A DNA stretch of 64,000 nucleotides, taken from positions 5,493 through 69,492 of the forward strand of contig CAYZZF010000002.1 of NCBI GenBank assembly GCA_964483115.1, read 5' to 3'. The notes under the pieces are model-generated. The model saw only the letters and a list, made by a program, of their open reading frames with translations. It ran no database searches and was not told the DNA's origin. This DNA comes from an uncultured Gammaproteobacteria bacterium (GTDB taxonomy: Bacteria; Patescibacteriota; Microgenomatia; Levybacterales; UBA12049). Positions 30,822 through 41,882 of the stretch are shown piece after piece; the stretch's first letter is position 1, and each line of letters opens with the position of its first letter. The translations under genes and the position numbers were made by a program.

Positions 30822-31553
30822 ATGTATAACTTAACGCAGAGACAAATTGAGATATTAAAAAGTCTTATAGAAGAATATATAGAAACTGCAGCTCCTGTAG
30901 GTTCTGAAACTTTAGAAAAAAAGTGTAGTATAAGCGCCTCCCCTGCAACTATAAGAAACGAGATGGTAAAACTTACGCAACTTGGTTACCTTCAAAAACC
31001 TCATTCTTCAGCCGGCCGTATGCCTACACCTTCGGGCATGAAATTCTATGTTAATCAACTCATGAAAGAGAAAGAGATTTCTGTGGCTGAGGAAGTAGAT
31101 GTTAGAGATAAGGTATGGGATTTTAGAAATCAGGAGCAAAAACTTTTAAAGGAATTAACAAGATCGCTTGCTGACAAAACAAAGACCTTGGCAATTACTT
31201 CAACCGATGAGGGTGATTTTTTTTGCGCAGGTTATTCTCACATCCTAGACATACCTGAGTTTTTTGATATAGATGTAACAAAAAATCTACTAAGCGTTCT
31301 TGATGAGTTTGACTACTTTAATAATATTTTTTCAAGTATAATTGATGAAGAAGATATCCACATACTTATAGGAGATGAACTTGGGCCAAAACTTAGAGGT
31401 CCATATGGATTTGTTTTTAGACATTACAATACTCCTAAACACTCAACTGGGGAGATTGGAGTAATCGGACCAAACAGACTTGACTATACTTCTGTAGTAC
31501 CAACTGTTCGATATTTTGGTGATTTAATTGAAGAGATTGCAGAAGGATGGTAA
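30822..31553 (+). CDS. hrcA: Heat-inducible transcription repressor HrcA (compact form)
   Basis: LTQRQ.EIL...IEEYI..A.PVGS, SPATIRNEM..L...GYL..PH.SAGR.PT, IGVIGP.RLDY; ATG at 30822 is preferred over the upstream TTG. Confidence 0.93.
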   Translation: MYNLTQRQIEILKSLIEEYIETAAPVGSETLEKKCSISASPATIRNEMVKLTQLGYLQKPHSSAGRMPTPSGMKFYVNQLMKEKEISVAEEVDVRDKVWDFRNQEQKLLKELTRSLADKTKTLAITSTDEGDFFCAGYSHILDIPEFFDIDVTKNLLSVLDEFDYFNNIFSSIIDEEDIHILIGDELGPKLRGPYGFVFRHYNTPKHSTGEIGVIGPNRLDYTSVVPTVRYFGDLIEEIAEGW

Positions 31554-31603
31554 TTTAAAATAGAATATAAAATATAAAAATTAAAAAGGACTATTGAAGT
31601 GAG

Positions 31604-32044
31604 ATGGCAAAAAAAATAAAGAAAAATGCTGAAGAAGTTGAAAAAAAAGAACAAGAACTTGAAGATCAATTAAAAAGGATTTTAGCGGATTATCAGAATC
31701 TTGAGAAAAGAGTTGCCCAGGAAAAAGAGGAATTAAAAAAATCGGCAAACAGAGAGCTTATATTGCGGTTTTTGCCAGCACTTGATACACTAATTCTTAC
31801 AGATAAACATACTCAAGACGAGGGATTGAAATTGAGCATCAAACATATCTTTGATACGCTGGAAAAAGAAGGCCTTAAGAAAATCGAGGCAAAAGGACAG
31901 GATTTCAATCCGGAATTTATGGAAGCAGTGCATGTAGTTCAAGGTGAGGAAGGAAAAGTTATAGAAGAATTAAGAACAGGTTATTTTTTAAATGATAAAG
32001 TTTTGCGACCAGCACAGGTGGTTGTCGGACGACAACAAAATTAA
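31604..32044 (+). CDS. grpE: Nucleotide exchange factor GrpE
   Basis: R..ADYQN..KR, F.P...EAV, GY.LND.VLRPA.V.V. Confidence 0.95.
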   Translation: MAKKIKKNAEEVEKKEQELEDQLKRILADYQNLEKRVAQEKEELKKSANRELILRFLPALDTLILTDKHTQDEGLKLSIKHIFDTLEKEGLKKIEAKGQDFNPEFMEAVHVVQGEEGKVIEELRTGYFLNDKVLRPAQVVVGRQQN

Positions 32045-32065
32045 AAATTTGACTGAAAGGAGCAT

Positions 32066-33967
32066 ATGGGAAAAATTATTGGAATAGATTTAGGCACAAC
32101 AAATTCATGTGTTGCCGTTATGGAAGGAGGAAGTCCCAAGGTTATTCATAGTGCAGAAGGAAGAAATGTTATACCATCGGTTATTGACCCGATTTCTCAT
32201 GTCGTTGGAGATGTAGCAAAAAGACAGCTTGTTCTTAAGCCTAAGAGCACTATTTTTTCCATAAAGAGGCTCATGGGTAGAAAATTCAAGGATGTATCAG
32301 TGCAGCAGGATATAAAATGGCTTCCATATACTGTAAAAGCTGGGAGAGACGGGATGGCGGTTGTTGAAGTTGATGGACGAACTTTTACTCCTCAGGAAAT
32401 TTCAGCCCAGATTTTGCAAAAAATTAAAAGTGATGCAGAAAGTTATCTAGGTAGCAAAGTTACACAGGCTGTTATTACTGTCCCTGCGTATTTTGACGAT
32501 TCACAGCGTCAAGCAACAAAACAGGCTGGAGAAATATCAGGACTTGAGGTTATGCGTATTATTAATGAGCCGACAGCAGCCGCTCTTGCCTATGGATTGG
32601 ATAAAAAAAATGCTCACACAATTGCTGTCTATGATTTAGGCGGCGGAACATTTGATATTTCAATTTTGGAGCTTGGAGAAGGAGTGTATGAGGTAAAATC
32701 AACAAATGGAGACACGCACTTAGGTGGAGATGATTTTGATCAAAAGATTATCGACTATATTGCAGAAGAGTTTAAGAAAGAGCACGGGGTAGATTTAAGA
32801 CGCGACCCGCAAGCACTGCAAAGACTCAAAGAAGCGGCAGAAAAGGCAAAGATAGAACTATCCACTGCTCAAGAAGCCCAGATTAATCAGCCATTTATTA
32901 CTCAAGGAAAAGAAGGACCACTGCATCTAACTATGACTCTAAGCCGTGCAAAACTTGAACAAATCGTTGATGAGCTTATTGAAAAAACAACAAAACCTGT
33001 TGAACTAGCCCTAAAAGATGCAAAAATTAAAGTCTCTGATGTTGATGAGGTTGTCCTGGTTGGAGGAATGACCAGAATGCCTAAAATTGTTGAAACAGTT
33101 ACTAAGTTCTTTGGTAAAGAGCCGCATAAAGGCGTTAATCCCGACGAAGTAGTAGCAGTTGGCGCGGCAATTCAAGGTGGAGTATTAGGAGGAGAAGTAA
33201 AAGATGTTCTTCTTCTTGATGTTACGCCTTTGACTTTAGGAATCGAGACATTGGGAGGGGTTGCAACCCCGCTTATTTCTAGAAATACAACTATACCTTC
33301 TTCTAAATCTCAAATTTTTTCAACAGCAGCAGATAATCAGACACAGGTTGAAATTAATGTTCTTCAGGGAGAACGTCCTATGGCAGCCGATAATAAATCA
33401 TTAGGCAGATTTATTTTAGACGGAATACCACCTGCCCCTCGCGGCATTCCTCAGATTGAGGTAAGTTTTGATATCGACGCAAATGGAATCTTAAATGTAA
33501 AAGCTCAAGACAAGGCAACTGGAAGAGAACAAAGTATTAAGATTACAGGTTCAACTGGCTTAACAAAAGATGAAATTGAAAAAATGACAAAGGAAGCAGA
33601 AAGGCATGCAAAAGAAGATTTGGAGAAAAAAGATAAGGTTGAGGCCAGAAATGCGGCGGATTCGCTCATCTTTACAGCCGAAAAAACTCTTAAAGAAGCA
33701 GGGAATAAAGCAGATCCGACTTTGAAAAAGGAAGTTGAAGATAAAGTTTCCGAGCTTAAATCAATTCTTGACACAGGCAGTAAAGATGATCTTGAAGCGA
33801 AAACAAAAGACTTATCTGATGCTTTACAAAAAGTAGGTCAGGCAATGTATAGTCAGCAACAGGCAACTTCCGACCAACAACAAACAACTGGAGACGCAGA
33901 GGAGACAAAACAAGAAGAGAAAAAATCCGACAAGGAAGAACCAGTTGAGGGAGAAGTCGTAAATTAA
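32066..33967 (+). CDS. dnaK: Chaperone DnaK
   Basis: [38 protein letters not shown]; AAAGGAG Shine-Dalgarno upstream. Confidence 0.98.
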   Translation: MGKIIGIDLGTTNSCVAVMEGGSPKVIHSAEGRNVIPSVIDPISHVVGDVAKRQLVLKPKSTIFSIKRLMGRKFKDVSVQQDIKWLPYTVKAGRDGMAVVEVDGRTFTPQEISAQILQKIKSDAESYLGSKVTQAVITVPAYFDDSQRQATKQAGEISGLEVMRIINEPTAAALAYGLDKKNAHTIAVYDLGGGTFDISILELGEGVYEVKSTNGDTHLGGDDFDQKIIDYIAEEFKKEHGVDLRRDPQALQRLKEAAEKAKIELSTAQEAQINQPFITQGKEGPLHLTMTLSRAKLEQIVDELIEKTTKPVELALKDAKIKVSDVDEVVLVGGMTRMPKIVETVTKFFGKEPHKGVNPDEVVAVGAAIQGGVLGGEVKDVLLLDVTPLTLGIETLGGVATPLISRNTTIPSSKSQIFSTAADNQTQVEINVLQGERPMAADNKSLGRFILDGIPPAPRGIPQIEVSFDIDANGILNVKAQDKATGREQSIKITGSTGLTKDEIEKMTKEAERHAKEDLEKKDKVEARNAADSLIFTAEKTLKEAGNKADPTLKKEVEDKVSELKSILDTGSKDDLEAKTKDLSDALQKVGQAMYSQQQATSDQQQTTGDAEETKQEEKKSDKEEPVEGEVVN

Positions 33968-33997
33968 TTCAAAATTCATAATTCAAAATTCAAAATT

Positions 33998-34020
33998 GGC
34001 CGCGGAGACGCGGTTGTTTG
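33998..34020 (+). terminator. Probable terminator hairpin after dnaK
   Basis: ggccgcg-gaga-cgcggtt followed by gtttg; preceded by the heptamer run aattcaa aattcat aattcaa. Confidence 0.55.
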
Positions 34021-34037
34021 TTATAATATTGTAGCTT

Positions 34038-34934
34038 ATGGCAGAACAGAAAGATTTTTACGAAATTTTAGGCATTTCGAAAAATGCAACAGCCGATGAA
34101 ATAAAAAAGGCTTATAGAAAGCTTGCTCTTTCCTATCATCCTGATCGTAATAAGACTAAAGAAGCTGAGGAAAGATTTAAAGAGATAAATCAAGCTTACG
34201 AAGTTTTATCAGATTCAAAAAAAAGACAGGCTTATGACCAATTTGGGCAGACAGCTTTTACTCAAGGGTTTGGCCAGTCACCTTTTGGAGAAGGTTTTAG
34301 TGGACAGACAAGAACTGGGCGCTACGGACCGTTTACTTATACATACTCAGCTGGGCCGGGCGCTGATGAGGGCTTTGATTTTGGAGGATTTTCTGACCCA
34401 TTTGAAATATTTGAACAGTTTTTTGGTGGAGCTTCACCTTTTGGCTCACAAGCCCGCCAAAGACCAATTTACTCTCTAACAATTGAGTTCATGGAAGCAG
34501 TACATGGAACCACAAAAAAGGTAGTAATTGGTGGGAAAAATCAAACCATAAAAATTCCTAAAGGAGTTGACAATGGGTCAAGAATTCGTTTTGGTGAATA
34601 TGATGTAATTTTGGAGGTGCAACCAGACAGAAGATTTAGAAGAGAAGGTACAGACATAATTTCGGATGTTGAAGTTTCATTTACTAAGGCAGCTTTGGGA
34701 GATACGGTAACGGTTGAGACAATCGATGGACCAGTTAAGCTTCGTATCCCTGTCTCTACACAGCCGGGCACAGTTATACGTTTAAGACAAAAAGGAGTTC
34801 CTTATCTTCGAGGCTCAGGCAGAGGAGATCATTATGTGAGAATAAAAGTTATAATCCCTAAACATCTGACCAGCCACCAAAAAAAACTTCTTGAGGAACT
34901 TGAAAAAGAATCAACTAAAAAAAGCTGGTTTTAA
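34038..34934 (+). CDS. dnaJ: DnaJ-family co-chaperone lacking the zinc finger (class B)
   Basis: J domain with HPD, G/F region and C-terminal domains; no CxxCxGxG repeats. Confidence 0.88.
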   Translation: MAEQKDFYEILGISKNATADEIKKAYRKLALSYHPDRNKTKEAEERFKEINQAYEVLSDSKKRQAYDQFGQTAFTQGFGQSPFGEGFSGQTRTGRYGPFTYTYSAGPGADEGFDFGGFSDPFEIFEQFFGGASPFGSQARQRPIYSLTIEFMEAVHGTTKKVVIGGKNQTIKIPKGVDNGSRIRFGEYDVILEVQPDRRFRREGTDIISDVEVSFTKAALGDTVTVETIDGPVKLRIPVSTQPGTVIRLRQKGVPYLRGSGRGDHYVRIKVIIPKHLTSHQKKLLEELEKESTKKSWF

Positions 34935-34981
34935 GAATTTTCTAATTGTGGTTTTTGAGCAAAATATGCTACGATTAGTAT

Positions 34982-35302
34982 ATGTTACTATCCGGAGTTT
35001 TAGGTGCTACTTCTTGCAGAGTGAATGAAAAACTAACCGATTTTGGGTGTATTCCTAATGACCCCGTTGCTTTTGTTGCCAAATTTTATGGTATTGGACT
35101 TGGATTAATTGGCGGTGTTGCGATACTTTTTATTATCTACGGAGGGTATATTATTCTTGCTTCCCAAGGTGATCCGGTAAAATTGAATACTGGTAAAAGT
35201 TATATATATTATGCGATTGCCGGACTTCTCCTGGCAATTTTTGGATTTGTTTTTGTTCAGGTGATTGTTGTTGACATATTGCACATACCTGGGTTTAAAT
35301 AA
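34982..35302 (+). CDS. TrbC/VirB2-like pilin-family small membrane protein
   Basis: Cys pair (C...TDFGCI); two TM helices joined by GG..I..SQGDP.K...GK..I.YAI.GL. Confidence 0.7.
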   Translation: MLLSGVLGATSCRVNEKLTDFGCIPNDPVAFVAKFYGIGLGLIGGVAILFIIYGGYIILASQGDPVKLNTGKSYIYYAIAGLLLAIFGFVFVQVIVVDILHIPGFK

Positions 35303-35308
35303 GAATAT

Positions 35309-37627
35309 ATGATAAAATTTCTGCCCATTCTGCGAAAGATTCTTTTTATTCTTATTGCATTTTTTGTAATAGGACTTTCGCTATTTAGTTTTACTGCAAT
35401 AGCAAAAGCACAGTCAGCCCCAACCCCAACTGGAGTACCTGAAGGTTCCTGGGTAAAAGATCAGGAGGTAACTTTTGTTGGTAAAACTGCTGCCCGGTCA
35501 GGAGAATTTTTAGATTGGACGCTAAAAAATTATGATTGGTCCTCTGTTTCGCCGGGGACAAGCAATCCACTTGCTACATTTTGGGCGACTATTAGAAATA
35601 TTGTTTATGCGTTTTTTATTCTTTTTGTTTTGGTAACAGCGTTTGTAATTATTGTTACTCGAGGAAGAAACATAACAGTGGCCAAATTCATACCCAAACT
35701 TATTATCATAATTCTTTTGGTAACATTTTCTTTTGCATTAGTTCAATTTATCTATCAAGTTACAGATGCAATACAAGGCTTTTTCTTAAAGAGCCCATCT
35801 CCTGATTGTACTTCCATTTGTCAAAAAGATCTCTTTTACTGGGGTTGGAATTATCAAGATTTTGAAGGTTTCCGTTTTATTGATCAAGCCGGTACTTATG
35901 ATGAATCAGCTTTTATAGCTCTTCTCCTTGTTAGACTTACCGCTCTTACCTATTATGTTATGGTTGGAATACTTATACTTAGAAAAATAATACTTTGGTT
36001 TTTTATTATAATATCGCCCATATTTCCTCTTCTTCTTTTGTATTCCCCAATTAGAAATACCGCCAAAATCTGGGTCGGAGAGTTTTTTCGCTGGCTTTTA
36101 TATGCGCCTATATTTGCAATTTTTTTGTCCGGGCTAGTTGTAATCTGGCGCTCACAGACGAACATACCCTTACAGTTTAATCTTACAAATACAAAAGTTA
36201 TCTACCCAACTGCCATAAACATTCTTCTTGGAGGGCCCGGACAAGTATTATCATACGTTTCTCCCGCTCAATCAAATAGCGTAAACAACATTGACACTTT
36301 CGCCCTTTATGTAGTTGCGCTTCTTATGCTTTGGGTCGTTATAATTTTGCCGTTTCTTCTTCTTCAGATTTTTCTTGATTATCTTAACAATTTTTCATTC
36401 GGAGAAAGTGCTATTTTAAAACAGCTCATAGCTGGAGGATCAGCGTTTGTAAATAGAGCTGGTCCTGGACTAACTCCTCCGCCCCCTACGATTCCTGCTG
36501 GTATAGCCCGTGCTCTACCATTTATTCCAGGTAAGGTTGAGATACCCGAGATAAGAGCAACAGAGGCTATTATCAATGCACAAGTCGCAGATATGAGAGG
36601 AATACAGGCAAGTTCAGATATACTTCGTCTAGCTAGTCTAAGCGTTCCTACCATGCGTGATATCGCAAAATATGAAACTGCTCTTTTATCCTCAGACATA
36701 GGTAAGCATCAAGATATAGCAAGATTTCACGAAACATTAGAGGGAATTGCCAATCCAAAAAGGGTGGCAACACCTGCGGAAAGACAAAATTATAATCTTA
36801 TGCAGGGAAGACTAAAACGGGAAGCCCAAAGAGGGGATCCTCTGGCATCCTCCATATTATCCGCTGCCAGTATCGTTTCTAAATCTTCTTTACAAAATAA
36901 ACAAGAGGAAAATGCAAGAGTAGGCAGTATCCTTTCCAGGATGAATAATCTTGCTAGCATAATTTCAACTGAGGAGAAAGAAAGACTAAACGCAATAAAA
37001 TCGTCTCTTATAGAAGCTGCGCAGAAAGGGGATCCTCTGGCAAACTCTATTCTATCTGCGATGAAAGAAGGCAAGACAGAAATAGATGAGAAACTTAAAG
37101 AACAGCTGCTTGAAGCAAAAGAAAGAGGAAGCGCGCTAGCTGCATCAATTTTAGAACAAGCTGGTGTTTCTGTTACTGTACAGACGTTCCCTGTTACAAA
37201 TCGTGTGCAAGCAGTAAGTATAGATGATTACGAAGCGGTAAAGAAAGTCTGGCAAGAAAATTATCAGAAACTTGAGCCGCCAAGAACTATTGAAGGAAAA
37301 CAAAAAAACAGGGAAGAATGGATTATAGGAGACATAGATAGGATTACAGAAACTATTAATCTTCTTACATCGGAAGATGTTCAGAATATCAAAAAGGGCA
37401 TGGAAGAGGTTTCTGCAATACTCCCCTTCCTTCTTATAGGAGGGTTTGCTCAGACAGAAGTTATTGCCTATCTTAAAGCAAAACTTGAAGCTGCAAAATC
37501 AGTTTCCGAAGAAATCAGCAAAAAAGAAGAGGAAGAAGAAACTATGCTTGGAAGAGAGAAGGCTAAAACAGATAAGCCAGCGGAGATGGAAATGAAAGAA
37601 GAAGTTAAAGAAAACCAAAATAATTGA
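35309..37627 (+). CDS. VirB6/TrbL-like polytopic membrane protein with a large helical C-terminal domain
   Basis: Signal-like N-terminus (AKA/Q); W..IRNI....F; R.I.LW...I.SP.......P.....KIW; about 7 TM helices, then a ~400-aa soluble tail. Confidence 0.55.
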   Translation: MIKFLPILRKILFILIAFFVIGLSLFSFTAIAKAQSAPTPTGVPEGSWVKDQEVTFVGKTAARSGEFLDWTLKNYDWSSVSPGTSNPLATFWATIRNIVYAFFILFVLVTAFVIIVTRGRNITVAKFIPKLIIIILLVTFSFALVQFIYQVTDAIQGFFLKSPSPDCTSICQKDLFYWGWNYQDFEGFRFIDQAGTYDESAFIALLLVRLTALTYYVMVGILILRKIILWFFIIISPIFPLLLLYSPIRNTAKIWVGEFFRWLLYAPIFAIFLSGLVVIWRSQTNIPLQFNLTNTKVIYPTAINILLGGPGQVLSYVSPAQSNSVNNIDTFALYVVALLMLWVVIILPFLLLQIFLDYLNNFSFGESAILKQLIAGGSAFVNRAGPGLTPPPPTIPAGIARALPFIPGKVEIPEIRATEAIINAQVADMRGIQASSDILRLASLSVPTMRDIAKYETALLSSDIGKHQDIARFHETLEGIANPKRVATPAERQNYNLMQGRLKREAQRGDPLASSILSAASIVSKSSLQNKQEENARVGSILSRMNNLASIISTEEKERLNAIKSSLIEAAQKGDPLANSILSAMKEGKTEIDEKLKEQLLEAKERGSALAASILEQAGVSVTVQTFPVTNRVQAVSIDDYEAVKKVWQENYQKLEPPRTIEGKQKNREEWIIGDIDRITETINLLTSEDVQNIKKGMEEVSAILPFLLIGGFAQTEVIAYLKAKLEAAKSVSEEISKKEEEEETMLGREKAKTDKPAEMEMKEEVKENQNN

Positions 37628-37687
37628 TATTAAAAGTACCATCAGTGCTAAAATATATAAAAGGTAATGCTGTAAATAGATAGAAAT

Positions 37688-40243
37688 ATGTTTGGAAATT
37701 TATTCGGTTCAAGAAATTTTGAAGTAAAAACCGGGACTACTCAAGTTCCGCAGCAGGTGCCGGCATCTCCTTCTGTGCCGTCAGTCCAATCTGTCCAGCC
37801 TCTCCAATCTAATGTTGTCGGATCTGCCATGAACCCATCTTTAAGGCAGGATTTATCAGTGTTATCTCATTTAGACGCTAGAGCATCACAAGTATTACAA
37901 GCTGCTAAAAATGAAACAAAAAGAATTCAGCAATCACTTATTGAACCAGAGCAAATTCTCTACGGACTTTTATTTGACGGCGAAGTTTTCAAACTTATTT
38001 CACAATTTTCTTCAGACCCTACAAAGATCGTTAAGGAAATTGAAAGTAAAGAATCAGTCGGAAGTTTTATAGGAGAATCAACTCTGTCAGATACTTCAAA
38101 AAAGATCTTTGAAGATGCATATTCGATGGTAAAAAAAAGAGGAGTTGAGTTTATAAGTCCTGAAGATATTCTATTATCTCTCTTTTCACAAAGTGTAGGA
38201 GTCTCAAATTATCTTCAGTCAGAGGGAATTAAAAAAGAAGACATTGAAGAAAAACTTTCAAAGACATCAAGCTATGTCTATGGTAAAAAATCTGCACTTG
38301 AAAGTTTTGGTGTTGATTTGACAGAACAGGCGAGAAACGGGGAACTTGATCCAATTGCAGGACGAGATAAGGAAATTGAAAGACTTGTCCACATACTTCT
38401 TCGCAGAACCAAAAATAACCCTATTGTTATAGGAGAGGCAGGAGTTGGAAAAACAGCCATTGTTGAAGGATTAGCTCAAAATATCATAAAGGGCACTGCC
38501 CCCCGCGATCTTCTAGAAAAAAAAATTATCCAGATTGATTTATCCTCTCTTGTTGCGGGGGCATCGCACCGGGGGGAATTTGAGGAAAGACTCAGAAGCG
38601 TTATAAAAGAAACCCAAGCTGCAAGCGGAGCAGTAATATTATTCATTGATGAGATCCATACTTTGATTGGAGCAGGAGATACAGAAGGGGCTTTGGATGC
38701 ATCAAATATTATAAAGCCTTTTTTGGCAAGAGGACAACTCCAGATTATTGGAACAACAACGACTGCTGAATATAGAAAATATTTTGAAAAGGATAAAGCC
38801 TTTGAGAGAAGGTTTCAATCGGTTTTGGTTGCCGAACCCGATGAGAAAACAGCCGTTGAAATGCTTTTGGTTCTTAAAACAAAATACGAGAATTTTCATA
38901 AAGTTGTTCTGCCACAAGAGACTCTTGAGGCATCCGTTGCCCTATCAAAACGCTATATTGGCGAGCGGTATTTACCCGATAAGGCAGTTGATCTCCTGGA
39001 TGAGGCAGCAGCAGAAGTAAGGCTTTTGCAAAACGAAGGGAAGAGATCTGATAATACTGTTTCAAAAAGTGATATAGAAAAAGTTGTTTCAGGTTGGACA
39101 GGAATTCCTATAACAAAACTTACAGAAAATGAAAGCGAGAGACTTTTGCATCTTGAAGACACAATTCACAAGCGCTTAATCGATCAGGAAATGGCAGTTA
39201 AAACTGTTGCAGAAGCTGTAAGGCGAGGAAGGATCGGATTGTCAAGTGCCCAAAGGCCTATTGCATCATTTATATTCTTGGGACCAACCGGGGTTGGAAA
39301 AACAGAACTTGCAAAAACACTCGCTTCGATTCTCTTTGGCAAAGAGGAGGCAATGGTGAGACTTGATATGAGTGAGTATATGGAAAAACATGAGGTCGCA
39401 AAACTTATTGGCGCCCCTCCCGGTTATGTTGGTTATGAAGAAGGGGGTCAGTTAACAGAGGCAGTCAGGATAAAACCTTATTCTATAGTTCTTTTGGATG
39501 AGATAGAAAAAGCGCACCCGGATGTCTTTAATATTTTACTCCAGCTTCTTGAAGATGGAAGACTTACCGATAATAAGGGCAATACAGTATCTTTTAAGAA
39601 TACGATTATTATTGCAACATCAAATATCGGTAGTATGCTAATACAGCAGCAGTTGGAAACAGACAAAAAGGGAGGTTCGGAATTGCAGGAAAAAAGTGAT
39701 GCGAAAAAATTTGAGGAGCTTTCAAAGACCCTCCTTGCAGAACTTAGAAAATTCTTTAGACCCGAACTTTTGAACCGTTTTGATGGAGTTGTGATTTTTG
39801 AACCTTTATCTTTGAAAAACATGCTTTCTGTTGCCCAGCTTGGTATAGATGCAACTAAAAAATTGCTTAATCAACAGGGTATTGATCTTGATATTACACA
39901 AGAAGGGCTTTCTCAACTTGCTCGTGAAGGCTATGACCCGGTTTATGGAGCAAGACCGCTAAGGCGTCTTATTCAAAGCTCTATAGAAAATCCAATCGCT
40001 GTGCTTCTTATAAATAAAACTTTTATAGCAGGGGACAAGATTTTGATTGATTTTGATAAGATAAAAGAAGAGTTCATTTTTACAAAAGTTGCTCTGTCCC
40101 CAACCCAGCCAGGAACAACACAAGGCGAAACCCTGAATCCAGTTTCGGCAAATGACGGAAACTTTCCACCAGCACAACCTTTACAGCCGGAGGCACCACC
40201 AATACAGGGGATTGATGACACTCAAATGCAACCACAAAATTGA
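37688..40243 (+). CDS. Clp/Hsp100 class 1 AAA+ ATPase (ClpA/C-like, no M domain)
   Basis: Clp_N repeats; LDPIAGRDKEI, RRTKNNP, GEAGVGKT, FIDEIH, GPTGVGKT, GAPPGYVGY, LLDEIEKAH, FRPELLNR, YGARPLRR. Confidence 0.93.
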   Translation: MFGNLFGSRNFEVKTGTTQVPQQVPASPSVPSVQSVQPLQSNVVGSAMNPSLRQDLSVLSHLDARASQVLQAAKNETKRIQQSLIEPEQILYGLLFDGEVFKLISQFSSDPTKIVKEIESKESVGSFIGESTLSDTSKKIFEDAYSMVKKRGVEFISPEDILLSLFSQSVGVSNYLQSEGIKKEDIEEKLSKTSSYVYGKKSALESFGVDLTEQARNGELDPIAGRDKEIERLVHILLRRTKNNPIVIGEAGVGKTAIVEGLAQNIIKGTAPRDLLEKKIIQIDLSSLVAGASHRGEFEERLRSVIKETQAASGAVILFIDEIHTLIGAGDTEGALDASNIIKPFLARGQLQIIGTTTTAEYRKYFEKDKAFERRFQSVLVAEPDEKTAVEMLLVLKTKYENFHKVVLPQETLEASVALSKRYIGERYLPDKAVDLLDEAAAEVRLLQNEGKRSDNTVSKSDIEKVVSGWTGIPITKLTENESERLLHLEDTIHKRLIDQEMAVKTVAEAVRRGRIGLSSAQRPIASFIFLGPTGVGKTELAKTLASILFGKEEAMVRLDMSEYMEKHEVAKLIGAPPGYVGYEEGGQLTEAVRIKPYSIVLLDEIEKAHPDVFNILLQLLEDGRLTDNKGNTVSFKNTIIIATSNIGSMLIQQQLETDKKGGSELQEKSDAKKFEELSKTLLAELRKFFRPELLNRFDGVVIFEPLSLKNMLSVAQLGIDATKKLLNQQGIDLDITQEGLSQLAREGYDPVYGARPLRRLIQSSIENPIAVLLINKTFIAGDKILIDFDKIKEEFIFTKVALSPTQPGTTQGETLNPVSANDGNFPPAQPLQPEAPPIQGIDDTQMQPQN

Positions 40244-40246
40244 TGT

Positions 40247-41845
40247 ATGAGCGATGGAAACATAAACCTCCTCCAGACAATTCCGGTTCAACACTTCAAT
40301 CCCCAAGACAAAAAGACCGCAATTTTTGGAACAAAAAAATTTATTTTCTCAGTTCTTTTTATAACTATTTTTGCAATCGCCTCTTTTATTTTCTTGGTAT
40401 CTTCAAAAAAACAATCTATGATATCACCCTCGGCTAATCCTTATCCCGCAAAATCTTTTAAAATGTGGGAGATTACATTTGTTTACGATACTGAAAAACA
40501 AACGCTCTCAGTTAAAAGTGCAATTATTAAGACTGGAACAGCAACTGCTTCCAATCTGGGACTGTCGCCATATAAACTTCTAGTTTTTAATAAAAATAAC
40601 AACGTTATTTTCAATACAGACATTCATATAACAGAAGGAATTCTCTATGATATTGATGGCCCGCCCAATGCTACTTCATCACCAATTATTGTTCCTTCTA
40701 CGCCCAAAACATTTGAAAACGTTGTTTATATCCCGTTATTTCAGAGTGCAAAAAAGATAGAGGTAACAAAAAATGGTATTAAGATATTGGAATTTACTCT
40801 CCCTAAAGTTACAGGATTTAATTTAATTAATCAAACATTTGCCGTAAATGGACCGGCTTGTACAACCAATCTAAAGATTGTATTTATTAGCGACGGATAC
40901 AACAGTGAAAGCCAGTTTTATAGCGATGCCCAAGAAGTGGTTAAAAAGTATATTTCTCTTTCTCCCTATTCTGAAAAGCCAGATATATTTGATTTTAAAA
41001 TGGTTTACAATACTATTCCTCTTGGTTGTGCTAAGAATGGTGTTCTATATACTGAGTGCTTGAGTTCTTTACAGACAATAATAATGGAAAAAAATATAAT
41101 TTTTGGAAAATATCCAGAACTTCAGGGAATTGATGGCGATCATTTAAAATTTATAGTTCTAGCAGATGCGCAACCTGAGCTATTTGGTGGATTGTTATAT
41201 ATGGGAGCTATGGAAGGCGTAGGCGGAGTTTATGGAGTCTTTGAAACGCGAGACCGCGATAAATTACCGACTGTTGCCTCCCACGAAGTATTAGGACATG
41301 CAGTAGGCTATCTATATGATAGATATGTGTATAGCTCAGGCCCAAATTCTCAGGAAAGAAGTGTTTTTCCAGAGAGCAACTGTAGTAGAAGTCAACAAGG
41401 AGCGTCCTTTTGGCAAAGCATTAATGGAGGAGGAGCATATCAAGGTTGTACATCTGAGTATTTGTTTGGACCTTACCCGCGTGATTGTGGGACAGGAGGA
41501 ACACGTGAGTCTATAATGAGTCTGGTAAGTTGTGGTTCAAGTGAATTTGATCCAGTCGAGCAAGCATGGATAAGAACTAATGTTATCTCAAAATACCAGT
41601 CTTGCAGTGGAAGCAGTCCATCCGCTTCTTTTCCGCCGACCTCGACTTCAATCCCCACTTTAGTTCCCAGGCAACCAACATCTATACAAGAGCCAGTTGT
41701 TACCCCAACCAGCACTTCCAGTGTTCCAACCACAGTTCCTACTTCAGCATCATTAACTACTTATGATTGCTATTCTGATCCAAACTGTCGTAATTCTGGC
41801 CAAGGGAATATTCAGCTATGCCCTCTTGTCTGCACTCCCAAATAA
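40247..41845 (+). CDS. Membrane-anchored, Cys-rich M64-like zinc metallopeptidase
   Basis: TM near N-terminus; KIVFISDGY...PY (M64 N-terminal motif); HEVLGH..GYLYDRY; SIM Met-turn; Pro/Thr tail. Confidence 0.6.
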   Translation: MSDGNINLLQTIPVQHFNPQDKKTAIFGTKKFIFSVLFITIFAIASFIFLVSSKKQSMISPSANPYPAKSFKMWEITFVYDTEKQTLSVKSAIIKTGTATASNLGLSPYKLLVFNKNNNVIFNTDIHITEGILYDIDGPPNATSSPIIVPSTPKTFENVVYIPLFQSAKKIEVTKNGIKILEFTLPKVTGFNLINQTFAVNGPACTTNLKIVFISDGYNSESQFYSDAQEVVKKYISLSPYSEKPDIFDFKMVYNTIPLGCAKNGVLYTECLSSLQTIIMEKNIIFGKYPELQGIDGDHLKFIVLADAQPELFGGLLYMGAMEGVGGVYGVFETRDRDKLPTVASHEVLGHAVGYLYDRYVYSSGPNSQERSVFPESNCSRSQQGASFWQSINGGGAYQGCTSEYLFGPYPRDCGTGGTRESIMSLVSCGSSEFDPVEQAWIRTNVISKYQSCSGSSPSASFPPTSTSIPTLVPRQPTSIQEPVVTPTSTSSVPTTVPTSASLTTYDCYSDPNCRNSGQGNIQLCPLVCTPK

Positions 41846-41882
41846 TAAATTGCAATTTAGACAAAAACCTCTTACACTAAAA

